From positions 128,001-192,000 of the forward strand of contig JBEIPA010000007.1 in the NCBI GenBank assembly GCA_040377305.1: a stretch of DNA of 64,000 nt. The letters run 5' to 3'. The number at the start of each line of letters is the position of its first letter. Position 1 is the first letter of the stretch. The DNA comes from Flavobacteriales bacterium. GTDB lineage: Bacteria; Bacteroidota; Bacteroidia; Palsa-965. A program made the position numbers and the translations under genes. Below, piece by piece: positions 49,123 through 59,176 of this stretch. The notes under the pieces were generated by a model, which saw nothing but the letters and a program-made list of their open reading frames with translations, was not told the origin of the DNA and searched no databases.

Positions 49123-50013
49123 ATGACTCGCAAGAGAATTGCATTTGTAATCAATCCGAATTCCGGAAGCGACAAAAAAACTGATCGTGTGCGTCTCATT
49201 CGCGAGCTGGTGAATTATTCGTACGACAGTGAAATTATTCTGTGGAAGGAAATTTCTGATCGCGATGAAATCTTCAACAATATTGTCACGGGCGAGTTTG
49301 ACATCGCGGTTGCTGTAGGGGGAGACGGAACCGTGAGTCAACTCGCTGAAGTATTGTGCGGAACGAATATTGCACTCGGAATAATTCCATTTGGATCCGG
49401 GAATGGTTTGGCGCGTCATTTAGGTGTTCCGATGAAACCCGTAGAAGCAATTAAGCTTCTTGAAACAGGCATCGTGCGAAAAATTGATCGCGGCAGAATT
49501 AACAACCGATCTTTCTTTTGCACCGCGGGAGTTGGATTCGATGCACGTATCGGAAAACTCTTCGCTGAAAGTGAAAGTCGCGGCTTCCTCACATACGGGA
49601 AGATGACGCTCGGCGAATTGAATTCGTATCGTCCGGAAACTTATTCAATTGACATTGACGGTACAACATTCGAGCGCACCGCATTCCTGATGACCATTGC
49701 AAATGCCGGGCAATACGGCAACAACGCGTGGATTGCACCGAAAGCAAATGTCACCGACGGCATTTTACATTTCTCAATCCTGAAAGATTTCAAATGGTGG
49801 AATGTTCCCGGCATCGCAGGAAAAATGTTTGCGAAGAAAATTGACACTTCCCGTTTTCTCGAAAGTTTTTCCGGAAAGAACATTACGATCACACGAAAGT
49901 CGGAAGGCGCAATTCATTACGACGGAGAACCGGATCTGCAGGGAACGCAATTGAATGCGTCGATAGAATTTGAAGCGCTGAATGTGGTGGTGCCGAAGGA
50001 GTTTAAGGGGTAG
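49123..50013 (+). CDS. Diacylglycerol kinase family (YegS/DgkB-like) lipid kinase
   Basis: INPNSG, VGGDGT, PFGSGNGLAR, GVGFDA, NAGQYG, DGE. Confidence 0.92.
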   Translation: MTRKRIAFVINPNSGSDKKTDRVRLIRELVNYSYDSEIILWKEISDRDEIFNNIVTGEFDIAVAVGGDGTVSQLAEVLCGTNIALGIIPFGSGNGLARHLGVPMKPVEAIKLLETGIVRKIDRGRINNRSFFCTAGVGFDARIGKLFAESESRGFLTYGKMTLGELNSYRPETYSIDIDGTTFERTAFLMTIANAGQYGNNAWIAPKANVTDGILHFSILKDFKWWNVPGIAGKMFAKKIDTSRFLESFSGKNITITRKSEGAIHYDGEPDLQGTQLNASIEFEALNVVVPKEFKG

Positions 50014-50049
50014 AGGAACAACTTGACAAGTAATCGTGCGTAAACTCGT

Positions 50050-51471
50050 TCACTTCGTAATCAAGAGCTTTTCGGTAACAAGCCACTCGTCGTTGCAAAT
50101 AACCCTCAGAAAATACATACCGTCTGGATAAGCTTCGGTTGAAAGGGAAATCGTGTTCGTTCCATTGAATAGAATGCGATCTGCAAGCCGTCCATCAGCC
50201 GTTACAATTTCTACACAGCCGTCGGTTATTCCTTCCGGTAGTCCAATGAATACATTTCCGCTTGAGGGGTTTGGATAAACTGTAGCAAAATTTGTCGGAT
50301 CGGGATCATTTATTCCAACACCATCGCAACCCGCAACTTCGCAACCTAAACTATCAACTTTAATAAGCCAAGCATCCTGATCGGTCAAATAGCAAGATCC
50401 CGCGAGTATAAATCCGTTGTCCGAAGTCGCACGGAAATCATAAATATAGTGGGAGTTATTTGCATTCAACGTATAAGTTCTTTGCCAGAGAAGATTTCCA
50501 TTTAAATCAATTTTTGAAAAAAACGATCTTATGATCATCGAGGAATCGGGCAACGACACCCCTGCTACAACGATGCCATCTGAACATAAGACAGGTTTAG
50601 TGTAAACAACATTTGTACACAATGGAAAGCCAACGTAGGAGTATGAAACAATAGCGCCGCCGGTATCCAGTTGCACGAGTGTACTCAATTCATCGGGGCC
50701 TACTGGTCTATTACAACCGAGCACAAAGTTTGAATCCGGCAACTGTGTAATAAATCCATAACCGGAATAACTATTATAGCTCTGAGCCCAATCTAAACCG
50801 CCCACTTCGTCCACTTTTACCACATACGGATAGCTACCTCGTTGTCCAGACATGATGAATCCTCCGTCAAACGTAAAGTCACCACACATCAACCCCTCAC
50901 TCGCAGTTGTGCCGTACGTAGTGTCCAGTTGCACGTTTCCATTCTGGTCAAGGATCAACAACCAAAAATCATATTGTCCGTTTCCATAGCTCATCGTTGA
51001 ACCACAAACCCAATAGTTATTATTTGCATCTTGAAAAATTGATGCAAGGATATCTACAGAACTTCCACCATAATTTTTCATCCATAACGTATCACCGTTC
51101 GTGTTGAATTTAATAACATACCCTTGGCGGTCATTCGCTGTATCAATAGCTGAACCACATTGTACATAATCTCCATTGTTGTCAACTATGAGACTGTGCG
51201 CACCGCCTAAGTTGAATGCTATAGTAGTAAACTGATACTTCTTCGTAAACGTAGTATCCCCGTTCTTATTAGTATTGGTGAAACAATATCCCTGAAACGC
51301 GGGTTGTAGAATGTTAGAAACGAACACGTATCCGCTGTCGAGCTTTTGAACAACACCTCCAGTGTAATCTGAACCCACCTGAAACGGATAGTTTCTCGAA
51401 AAATGAATTTGCTGGGAACAAAGTATAGTTCCCAGCAAATTCAAGATTAATATGTATACAAGTTTTTTCAC
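50050..51471 (-). CDS. T9SS-secreted beta-propeller-like protein
   Basis: Signal peptide, repeated K.D..G..LW...YG units, DAWLIKVDSLGC, VYPNPS CTD. Confidence 0.85.
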   Translation of the reverse strand: MKKLVYILILNLLGTILCSQQIHFSRNYPFQVGSDYTGGVVQKLDSGYVFVSNILQPAFQGYCFTNTNKNGDTTFTKKYQFTTIAFNLGGAHSLIVDNNGDYVQCGSAIDTANDRQGYVIKFNTNGDTLWMKNYGGSSVDILASIFQDANNNYWVCGSTMSYGNGQYDFWLLILDQNGNVQLDTTYGTTASEGLMCGDFTFDGGFIMSGQRGSYPYVVKVDEVGGLDWAQSYNSYSGYGFITQLPDSNFVLGCNRPVGPDELSTLVQLDTGGAIVSYSYVGFPLCTNVVYTKPVLCSDGIVVAGVSLPDSSMIIRSFFSKIDLNGNLLWQRTYTLNANNSHYIYDFRATSDNGFILAGSCYLTDQDAWLIKVDSLGCEVAGCDGVGINDPDPTNFATVYPNPSSGNVFIGLPEGITDGCVEIVTADGRLADRILFNGTNTISLSTEAYPDGMYFLRVICNDEWLVTEKLLITK

Positions 51472-54400
51472 TTGATTATTAATAGCTTTTCACTAGCAAG
51501 ACGTGTGTCGTTGTGAGTAAGTCTAAGATACAACATTCCCTCTGCATATTGGTTGAGATCTAGCTGAATAGGAGAGTCGCTCGTCACCGGAATCCTCTCT
51601 ATTAATTGACCAAGAGTGTTTGTGATCTCTAGCACAGACCCCGATTCTACAAGTGCGGCAGGTATCAGTACGGTTGCCATTCCAGACGTCGGGTTTGGAA
51701 ATACTTGCATTGTCTGTACTGCTAGTCCTGATTCGTCCGCATCTGTTGGACCGGCAAACCGACTGCCTCCTCCTGTAGGTAATGGAATTGGAGAGCGTGC
51801 AACAAGTTCGCCACTATAGTATGTTGAAATTACCCTTGCGCAAATTGCGCGTTCATGGTCTATACTATAAATGCTGTCGGCAATTTCAATTTCTCCTGAT
51901 GTTGCGGACAACCAACATCTATCATCCTCTTGCTGTGCCAATGAAATAGCTGCCAGAAGCGTCCAAGCACTTTCTTCACCAAGAGCCGTGACGATAATGC
52001 CAAGCGTTATATCCGCATCATCGAATTCACGAGCAGCAAGTTGTAACAAAAATAAATTTTGTAATTCCGGCACCCGATAAGCGTCTTGCAATGCGGTAAT
52101 TCCAGTACCTAGTGAATCAGTTTGGAATGCATACGCAGCAATTTCATTAGCAGCCAGATCTTCCTCAAAGGCGTAAGCTGCCCATTCTCTCTCCTTAAGT
52201 TCACGTACACCCATATCCTCTTGTGCATTCTCAATTTCAGTCATGCTTTCACTCTCAAAAGCAGGATCAGCATTTAGTACAGCATCATAGACTACAGGTG
52301 ACAACCGACCATTCAAACATAAAATGTCAACTAACTGCTCTTCGCTCAAATTCTCACGATATGAAGTCGTTACAAGAAGAAGCATTGCCTCATCCGATAG
52401 CCAAGGAGAAGCAGCTTCAAGAATAGTATACAGCTCGTCGCCACTCTGAGATTTGATATCATCAATCATCTGTTCAGTATCACCTCCATCAATGTTCTCG
52501 CTTAAATCATTTGCTGCACTTTCTTGTGCACTCCGCAAATTGTTATAATGAGTTGTCTTGTGCTGAATATATGGTCTTAAAGTTATCCTGGAGGAACATG
52601 GATTGGCTTCTGGAACGATTGCACAAGTTTGAACATTTATATTATAACATTGAGGATAATTACTTATCAGCGCTTCGTTGTAATCGAACGGACCATTTGT
52701 AAAAATCGGTTCTGCATAAATTTGATTATCGGGAATACTTGTGCAGGAACTCAAGTATTCATTGCCCGCTAGTAATTCCGGTAAACCAGCAAGACAATTT
52801 CCTTGATTAGCCAACTCTGAATAGACGTTGTTATCACCGTTCAGAATGAAATCATAATTGACCATTTCTTCGAAGTCATTGCACATTACCTGTAGTCCAT
52901 AAGTACTTCCACTTGGTCCACCGTATCCATTGTGGCCTTGAACTTGCACGCCCATACTGGCATGATTTATCACGTTGTGATAAACCGTTCCAGAGCCGTA
53001 ATTTTGACTTGTAAACGGATTTGTAACCGCAGATTCATGCACAACTATGTTATATGAGCAATCGGAACAATCGTTTTGTGGTGAAATCTGGGTTGAATTA
53101 TCTCCCACGTTAAAGTTATTATCCTCAATTCTGAAGTCCGTGGATCCGATCATGTAGACCCCTACAGGTTTATCATATCCACGATTCATTTCCGACGAAG
53201 CGTAACCATGCTGAGGAGATTCAGGTACATCAAAGTCGTTGCTATAAATCAGTGAAAAAAAAGTCCCTTCCAACACAATACTGTGAATGTTATTCTCGAA
53301 AGTTCCACCAGCTATATGCACCGTACCCGCAGCGAAACCAGAACTTTGCATATGTACTCCATTTGATAAACCTTCGAAGGTGCATGGATAGTTTGCGTAT
53401 AATCTCAGTCCAGCTTCCAATCCATAAATTGCGGTGCCGCGCAGATGCGGTTTGTAATTTCCGGGATTAGTATTTGCGAATTCGCAGTCATTGAATTGAA
53501 CATTCTTGACGTCATACATAGTTACGTGAGCAATCCCAGAAGTCGGAGTTACTCCATTGTCCAAATACAGTGAGGGATCATAAAAATATTCAGTCGTCTT
53601 AAAATCGCAGTTGCTGAATATGCTGATGTTGTTCAGCGTATAATTTGCAGTACCAAAGTTTCTGTACGATAAAAACTGCACATCACGCACGTTATTCAAA
53701 AACTGACTATTGTATGCACGAATGACACCGCCCTCTGTTCCATATGTATAGTAATCTCCCACCGTAATTCCGTCCCGCGCATGTTCAAGCGTACAATAAT
53801 TCAATTCCAAATATCCTTGAGGAGTCGTTGATGCTGAACCTTGTCCCAGAGTTCTGTCTCCAAGAACTTGTACACCCTGCCATTCCATTTGACAAGCAGG
53901 GCCTAGTTTACATCCACTTGACGAGCTACCATTGACAATCAGTCGAGCACCTTTTTCAACTATAATTCCGGCATTTGGTCCGAATTCCAAATTAACCCCT
54001 GCGCCTACGGTTAAGGTATAACCAGAATGGACAACAAGCGCCTGACTGAAACGGACAGTGTTTCCTGTTACTGCTGACCATGGAGAAGATCCAGGAAAGT
54101 ATGTTGCAATGTTCGAAGTAGTAAATGAAGTGTTTGTATTCACGTGATACTGATCGTCGTTGTATAGATCTGCTTCCGTGCACACATAAGGGCAAGCAAC
54201 TGTTGAATAACCAGTGTGCGGAATAAGTATTGAACCCGGCAAGTCGGTTATAACCACATTTCCGTATAACTCATCTGGCCAATACTCCAGTGTTGCATTA
54301 TTCTCAACAATAATTTCTGCATCCCAGATTGTAACGCATCGTTCAATTACCATCATTGAATTTTCTGTTACGGTGTAAAAGGAATGCGCGTCATCAATTT

Positions 54401-55607
54401 CTGTGTCTGGATTATCCGTCAAATGCAACTCATCGCCGTGTACATACACATCGCGATTATCAGGAACCATGAGATTCGGATTCCAGTCATTCACTTCTGT
54501 GGCAGTTGGATACGTTGCACCAACGGTCTGGAACGTATATCCCGTTGGAAATACAATCGGTGCTGTCGTTGGTGTGGTAATAAATACGCCCGAAGGATTG
54601 TAAATTATTCGCTCCGAAGGATTGATGGTAGTAAGATCCAAATTGTAATCAAGGTAATATGTGTGTGAAACTCCATCCATTGGATCATTCGTTGTGGGAG
54701 CATATCCTGAGAATGGTGTTTCACCTGGTCTTGCTAACATAAAACCCCTTAAACTGTACGGTGAGGGCCGAGCGAATAGATCGGCATCAGCAGCCTGAGC
54801 AGTAGCGTCATTCGGACCGGGTATAACATCTAGCGCAGAACATATCCCGGGAAAATAATGAGCGTCCGGATACGGAAAGAAATTTATCGTCCCCATGCTA
54901 TTAGAAGTTTGTGGTGGCGAATCCAAAAATGGTTGAGTCGGATAAATAACCCACGTATGGATAGCGATATCATGTGTAGATTGATCAGATTCATCATTGT
55001 TAGCAGTGTAGGGATATTTAGATGTCATTCCTCTTGTGTGATCGATTACAAACGAAAAAGAATCAATAACCGGATCGGTGATTAAACTGCCACAATGCAG
55101 ATAATAGGTGTGTTTCAGAGCTGTGTGTGGAAACAGATCCCTTCCCACTGGAGGTGTAGAAAGTGTAAAATCTGTGCTTGCTAATCTGGCATAATCCGAC
55201 ATACTAATGTCATCTTGAAAACCTTTACTAAAAAGTTCTCTTGCCATCCAGGCCGAGGGAATGTAAGGGTCGGGCAAGTTTAAATTTCTTGTAGTAGAAT
55301 TCGCATTCCCACAATCTCCTTGACTACAATCAGCAACAAAAGGGAATCCTACAGGCTCAATTTTATAGGATGTTGCCCAGCCATTTGGTCCAGTGAAAAG
55401 GTCCCAGTTCAAGCCGTCATTAAATAACTGGTACTCTCCGGTATATCCCTGATTGGAGGCTCCGAGATTGTATGTGCTACTTGCCCAGGAAGTACTGAAT
55501 GGATTGTATGTGTCGTAAACGTTTTGGGATTGACTAAATAACGGAAACGTTATGATAGCCACTAATATGAGCGCGTTTCTTCTTGCGAATGGAATTTTCT
55601 TTCTCAT
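51468..55607 (-). CDS. Large T9SS-secreted protein (unknown N-terminal domain, beta-helix, helical region, CTD)
   Basis: Signal peptide; WQGVQVLG and FxNN/NxF beta-helix repeats; ASPWLSD helical region; VFPNPT CTD; ATGA overlap with downstream gene. Confidence 0.85.
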   Translation of the reverse strand: MRKKIPFARRNALILVAIITFPLFSQSQNVYDTYNPFSTSWASSTYNLGASNQGYTGEYQLFNDGLNWDLFTGPNGWATSYKIEPVGFPFVADCSQGDCGNANSTTRNLNLPDPYIPSAWMARELFSKGFQDDISMSDYARLASTDFTLSTPPVGRDLFPHTALKHTYYLHCGSLITDPVIDSFSFVIDHTRGMTSKYPYTANNDESDQSTHDIAIHTWVIYPTQPFLDSPPQTSNSMGTINFFPYPDAHYFPGICSALDVIPGPNDATAQAADADLFARPSPYSLRGFMLARPGETPFSGYAPTTNDPMDGVSHTYYLDYNLDLTTINPSERIIYNPSGVFITTPTTAPIVFPTGYTFQTVGATYPTATEVNDWNPNLMVPDNRDVYVHGDELHLTDNPDTEIDDAHSFYTVTENSMMVIERCVTIWDAEIIVENNATLEYWPDELYGNVVITDLPGSILIPHTGYSTVACPYVCTEADLYNDDQYHVNTNTSFTTSNIATYFPGSSPWSAVTGNTVRFSQALVVHSGYTLTVGAGVNLEFGPNAGIIVEKGARLIVNGSSSSGCKLGPACQMEWQGVQVLGDRTLGQGSASTTPQGYLELNYCTLEHARDGITVGDYYTYGTEGGVIRAYNSQFLNNVRDVQFLSYRNFGTANYTLNNISIFSNCDFKTTEYFYDPSLYLDNGVTPTSGIAHVTMYDVKNVQFNDCEFANTNPGNYKPHLRGTAIYGLEAGLRLYANYPCTFEGLSNGVHMQSSGFAAGTVHIAGGTFENNIHSIVLEGTFFSLIYSNDFDVPESPQHGYASSEMNRGYDKPVGVYMIGSTDFRIEDNNFNVGDNSTQISPQNDCSDCSYNIVVHESAVTNPFTSQNYGSGTVYHNVINHASMGVQVQGHNGYGGPSGSTYGLQVMCNDFEEMVNYDFILNGDNNVYSELANQGNCLAGLPELLAGNEYLSSCTSIPDNQIYAEPIFTNGPFDYNEALISNYPQCYNINVQTCAIVPEANPCSSRITLRPYIQHKTTHYNNLRSAQESAANDLSENIDGGDTEQMIDDIKSQSGDELYTILEAASPWLSDEAMLLLVTTSYRENLSEEQLVDILCLNGRLSPVVYDAVLNADPAFESESMTEIENAQEDMGVRELKEREWAAYAFEEDLAANEIAAYAFQTDSLGTGITALQDAYRVPELQNLFLLQLAAREFDDADITLGIIVTALGEESAWTLLAAISLAQQEDDRCWLSATSGEIEIADSIYSIDHERAICARVISTYYSGELVARSPIPLPTGGGSRFAGPTDADESGLAVQTMQVFPNPTSGMATVLIPAALVESGSVLEITNTLGQLIERIPVTSDSPIQLDLNQYAEGMLYLRLTHNDTRLASEKLLIIK

Positions 55608-55800
55608 TTTTTGTTGGATGGTTTTATTTAATCTGTTAATGGTTTTCGTGTTTAGTGTTTACACAGAGCAGCATGAATGATCCGAATCTTCTGCATCGTT
55701 TCGATCGTAGTCTCACATCTAAATATATCCAAATAAACTATAAATAGAGGGTTCTTAAATAGAGTTACCAAGAATAGACGTTTTTGGGAGATTTACCCCA

Positions 55801-56073
55801 ATGAAGTCCGAACTTAAAGACATTGAAGTCCGATATCTAGGTAAACTAATGGATCGGATTGTCCAAATTCGGAAGGAACGTGGAATGAGTCAAGAGAAAC
55901 TGGCAATTGAAAGCGAGATTGCCCGTTCACTCATGCGAGGGTATGAAAGGAAGGAGAGAAATATATCGTTCGCGAATCTTGTTAGAATTATCAAGTTCGG
56001 ATTTGATATGACCATCGAAGAATTTTTCTCACAAGGGTTTGACAGCACGGAAAAGAGGAAAAGGCGCAAATGA
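55801..56073 (+). CDS. XRE/Cro-C1 HTH transcriptional regulator
   Basis: IRKERGMSQEKLA...YERKERNISF.NL. Confidence 0.88.
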   Translation: MKSELKDIEVRYLGKLMDRIVQIRKERGMSQEKLAIESEIARSLMRGYERKERNISFANLVRIIKFGFDMTIEEFFSQGFDSTEKRKRRK

Positions 56074-56085
56074 TTTCTTGACCAC

Positions 56086-56116
56086 AAAAAAGCGCGAACA
56101 TCATCCGCGCTTTTTT
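56086..56116. terminator. Bidirectional terminator between XRE and gcdH
   Basis: AAAAAAGCGCG...CGCGCTTTTTT. Confidence 0.75.
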
Positions 56117-56139
56117 AATACTGCCTACTGCACTACTGC

Positions 56140-57318
56140 CTACTGAAAAGCATTCAGCCCAGTCACATCCATTCCTGTAATCAACAAGTGAATGTCGTGC
56201 GTGCCTTCGTAAGTCACAACAGATTCTAAGTTCATCATGTGACGCATGATTGGATATTCTCCGGTGATGCCCATTCCACCGAGCATCTGGCGTGCGTTAC
56301 GTGCAACGGTCAAAGCCATATCCACGTTGTTGCGTTTTGCCATGGAGATCTGTGCAGGTGTTGCGCGGTTTTCGTTTTTCAGAACACCGAGTCTCCAGCA
56401 AAGCAATTGCGCTTTTGTAATTTCTGTGATCATCTCAGCCAGTTTCTTCTGCTGCAATTGGAATCCACCGATTGGACGACCGAACTGAATGCGCTCTTTT
56501 GAATAACGCAATGCAGTATCGTAGCAATCCATCGCGGCACCGAGTGCACCCCATGAAATTCCGTAACGTGCAGAGTTCAGACAACCGAGTGGACCTTTCA
56601 ATCCTTTGATCGTCGGAAAAATATTTTCTTTCGGAACTTTTACGTTGTCGAATACCAACTCGCCGGTTGCAGAAGCACGAAGCGACCACTTGCCGTGTGT
56701 TTCCGGAGTTGTGAATCCTTCCATACCGCGCTCAACAATGAGTCCGCGAATATCACCCGCATCATCTTTCGCCCATACTACTGCGATGTCAGCAAACGGT
56801 GAATTCGAAATCCACATTTTTGCTCCGTTCAAAAGAACATGATCGCCTTTGTCTTTGTAGTTGGTGAGCATTCCTGCCGGATTCGATCCGTGATCAGGCT
56901 CTGTCAAACCGAAACAACCGATGAGGTCACCAGTCGCAAGCTTCGGTAAGTATTTTTTCTTCTGCTCTTCAGATCCGTAAGCGAAAATCGGATACATCAC
57001 GAGTGAACTTTGTACGGATGCCGTAGAACGAATGCCCGAATCGCCGCGCTCAAGCTCCTGCATGATGAGTCCATAGGAAATCTGATCGAGACCAGGTCCG
57101 CCGTATTCAGCAGGTATATATGGACCGAACGCGCCGATCTCTCCAAGACCTTTGATGATCTGTTTCGGGAACTCTGCTTTCTGTGCGTACTCTTCAATGA
57201 TCGGAGAAATGTCTTTCTTCACGTAAGCACGCGCTGTGTCGCGAACGAGTTTTTGCTCGTCGGTCAAAAGTTCGTCTAATAGATAGTAATCGGGTGCCTG
57301 GAACTGATCGGTTGCCAT
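56140..57318 (-). CDS. gcdH: Glutaryl-CoA dehydrogenase (acyl-CoA dehydrogenase)
   Basis: ELERGDSGIRS, GCFGLTEPDHGSNP, KWSLRASATG, ARYGISWG, NLESVVTYEGTHDIH. Confidence 0.85.
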   Translation of the reverse strand: MATDQFQAPDYYLLDELLTDEQKLVRDTARAYVKKDISPIIEEYAQKAEFPKQIIKGLGEIGAFGPYIPAEYGGPGLDQISYGLIMQELERGDSGIRSTASVQSSLVMYPIFAYGSEEQKKKYLPKLATGDLIGCFGLTEPDHGSNPAGMLTNYKDKGDHVLLNGAKMWISNSPFADIAVVWAKDDAGDIRGLIVERGMEGFTTPETHGKWSLRASATGELVFDNVKVPKENIFPTIKGLKGPLGCLNSARYGISWGALGAAMDCYDTALRYSKERIQFGRPIGGFQLQQKKLAEMITEITKAQLLCWRLGVLKNENRATPAQISMAKRNNVDMALTVARNARQMLGGMGITGEYPIMRHMMNLESVVTYEGTHDIHLLITGMDVTGLNAFQ

Positions 57319-57321
57319 AAT

Positions 57322-57419
57322 TGATTAGTTGATATGCTGATTAGTTGATATGCTGATGTTATCCCTTGATCATCAGCTAATCAGTCCCGACATATAAATC
57401 GGGAGAAATCAGCTAATCG
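57322..57419. repeat. Octamer-type tandem/inverted repeat in gcdH leader
   Basis: TGATTAGTTGATATGC x2 (57322-57353); complementary ATCAGCTAATC x2 flanking a TCCCGA-N8-TCGGGA hairpin. Confidence 0.7.
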
Positions 57420-57666
57420 AACGCGGGGCTGCAAAAATAGGCAAAACATCGGCTAGGCTGCAAAATAGTGGTGAGTCTTGATGGTTGAAAATCAGAACTT
57501 TACTATCGGGAATCCAACTTTCACATGAGCACATAGATTCGGACTCAAACCGCCTATCTTTGTAAATACACGCAATTCACATAGGAATTCCCGCCAAACG
57601 TTTGTTTTATTCCGAGAATGGCAGGAGAATTGCATTAGACAAACTATAAAAACGAAGACACACCAC

Positions 57667-58257
57667 ATGAAAAAATTACTGTCAATATTCGCACTGGTTC
57701 TTTTTACCGGAACGATTGCTACCGCTCAGATTTATCGCGGCACTACAAACAAGATCACGTTCTTCTCGCACACTGCGTTGGAAGATATTAGCGCTACTGA
57801 TACCGTTGCAACTATGCTGCTCAATACCAAGAGCAACACCGTAATTGCAAGTGTTGATGTACGTGGATTCCATTTTTCAAATCCTCTCATGGAAGAACAC
57901 TTCAATGAGAATTACATGGAAACCAACAAAGAAGGTGCGAAAGATGCGAAAGGGAAACCAACTTACCCGAATCGTATGGCAACCTTCAATGGCAAAATCA
58001 ACGAAACGATTGATTACACGAAAGACGGTACACACAGTGTTACTATGACTGGTGACCTCACCATTCACAACGTGAAGAAACCACGTACACTCAACGGAAC
58101 AGTTACAATCAAAAGTGGTAAGGTTACTATCGATTGCAAGTTCAACGTTCTGCTGGTTGATCATGAAATCACAGTTCCAACTGCTGTAGGAGCGAAGATT
58201 GCAGAAAGCATCGAGGTGACTATTCACTCGGAGATGACTGCGCCAAAGGCAAAGTAG
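57667..58257 (+). CDS. YceI family protein
   Basis: Signal peptide, ITFFS..LEDI, LMEEHFNENYME, GDLTIH. Confidence 0.9.
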   Translation: MKKLLSIFALVLFTGTIATAQIYRGTTNKITFFSHTALEDISATDTVATMLLNTKSNTVIASVDVRGFHFSNPLMEEHFNENYMETNKEGAKDAKGKPTYPNRMATFNGKINETIDYTKDGTHSVTMTGDLTIHNVKKPRTLNGTVTIKSGKVTIDCKFNVLLVDHEITVPTAVGAKIAESIEVTIHSEMTAPKAK

Positions 58258-58379
58258 ACGACAGACTACAGTCGGGAGACGGGAGTAAATTTCGTTTGCC
58301 GTGCTGAATAAGAGTTTAAAAGGGTTGATCAGATGATCAACCCTTTTTTTATCGACACACTCCCGTCTCACGTCTGTCT
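58256..58379. repeat. Inverted heptamer bracket enclosing a terminator hairpin (58318-58350)
   Basis: AGACGAC AGACTAC AGTCGGG AGACGGG AGT ... ACT CCCGTCT CACGTCT; interior AAAAGGGTTGATCA-GA-TGATCAACCCTTTT. Confidence 0.75.
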
Positions 58380-58407
58380 TCTGGAGACCCGAACGTATCT
58401 TTGCTGA

Positions 58408-59157
58408 ATGTCGGGTATTGTACGAATCGTCGATCTGTTATTGCAAGCCTCACCGGTTGCAGATCGTTGGCTCACGGATACAACTACTTCCTTCACACCC
58501 AAACTCGCTCCCGAACACATTGGCGGCACGTGGATTCACGCACTGATGTTTTCGAGTTTCACGATGCTGGTCATCCTGCGCGTATTCGATTTCAAAAGAT
58601 TGCTCTTGCTCTTTCAGGGATTTGTGCGTGCATCATCAGTATCGCAAACGTATAGGGAAGAATCTGCACTCACGAGTCGCGTTTCGGTTTTTCTGCTCGT
58701 GAATTTTCTACTGCTCGGCGGTGTATTCACGTGGCAAACACTCGGCGTTTTATTCGGAAGCTATCCGGAGCCGTCTGCAGTCTTATGGATTTCTCTAGCA
58801 ATGCTGTGCATGTATGTGATCAAGATTGTAGGCGTTCGCGTACTCGGATTCATTTTTGAAATGCGTGAAGCCGCGCAGGAATACATCTACAACATTGTGC
58901 TTTTCAACAAAACAATCGGCCTGGTTTTGTTCCCAATTACACTTTGTCTGGCTTATGCCCGACAGCTCCCTCCGGGCGGATTAGTGGCGATTGGGCTCTC
59001 TTTTTGGGGTTTAGTGCTGATCTACCGATTCGTAAGGCTCTCATGGATAGGCCTCTCCGTTCGAGGGGTTTCCTTTTTGTACATATTTCTGTACCTTTGC
59101 ACCCTTGAAATCTTACCGTTTGTGGTAATAATAAAAGTGCTGATTCAATTCAATTAG
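58408..59157 (+). CDS. DUF4271 membrane protein
   Basis: Multiple TMs, C-terminal YIFLYLCTLEILP; TATCTTTG at 58396-58403. Confidence 0.88.
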   Translation: MSGIVRIVDLLLQASPVADRWLTDTTTSFTPKLAPEHIGGTWIHALMFSSFTMLVILRVFDFKRLLLLFQGFVRASSVSQTYREESALTSRVSVFLLVNFLLLGGVFTWQTLGVLFGSYPEPSAVLWISLAMLCMYVIKIVGVRVLGFIFEMREAAQEYIYNIVLFNKTIGLVLFPITLCLAYARQLPPGGLVAIGLSFWGLVLIYRFVRLSWIGLSVRGVSFLYIFLYLCTLEILPFVVIIKVLIQFN

Positions 59158-59176
59158 GCGTAACCCAGCGATTAGA

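Noticed and set aside
50050-56073. Prophage or integrative element around the XRE gene
   Set aside because: No integrase, phage genes, tRNA or flanking direct repeats seen; reported only as a compositional islet
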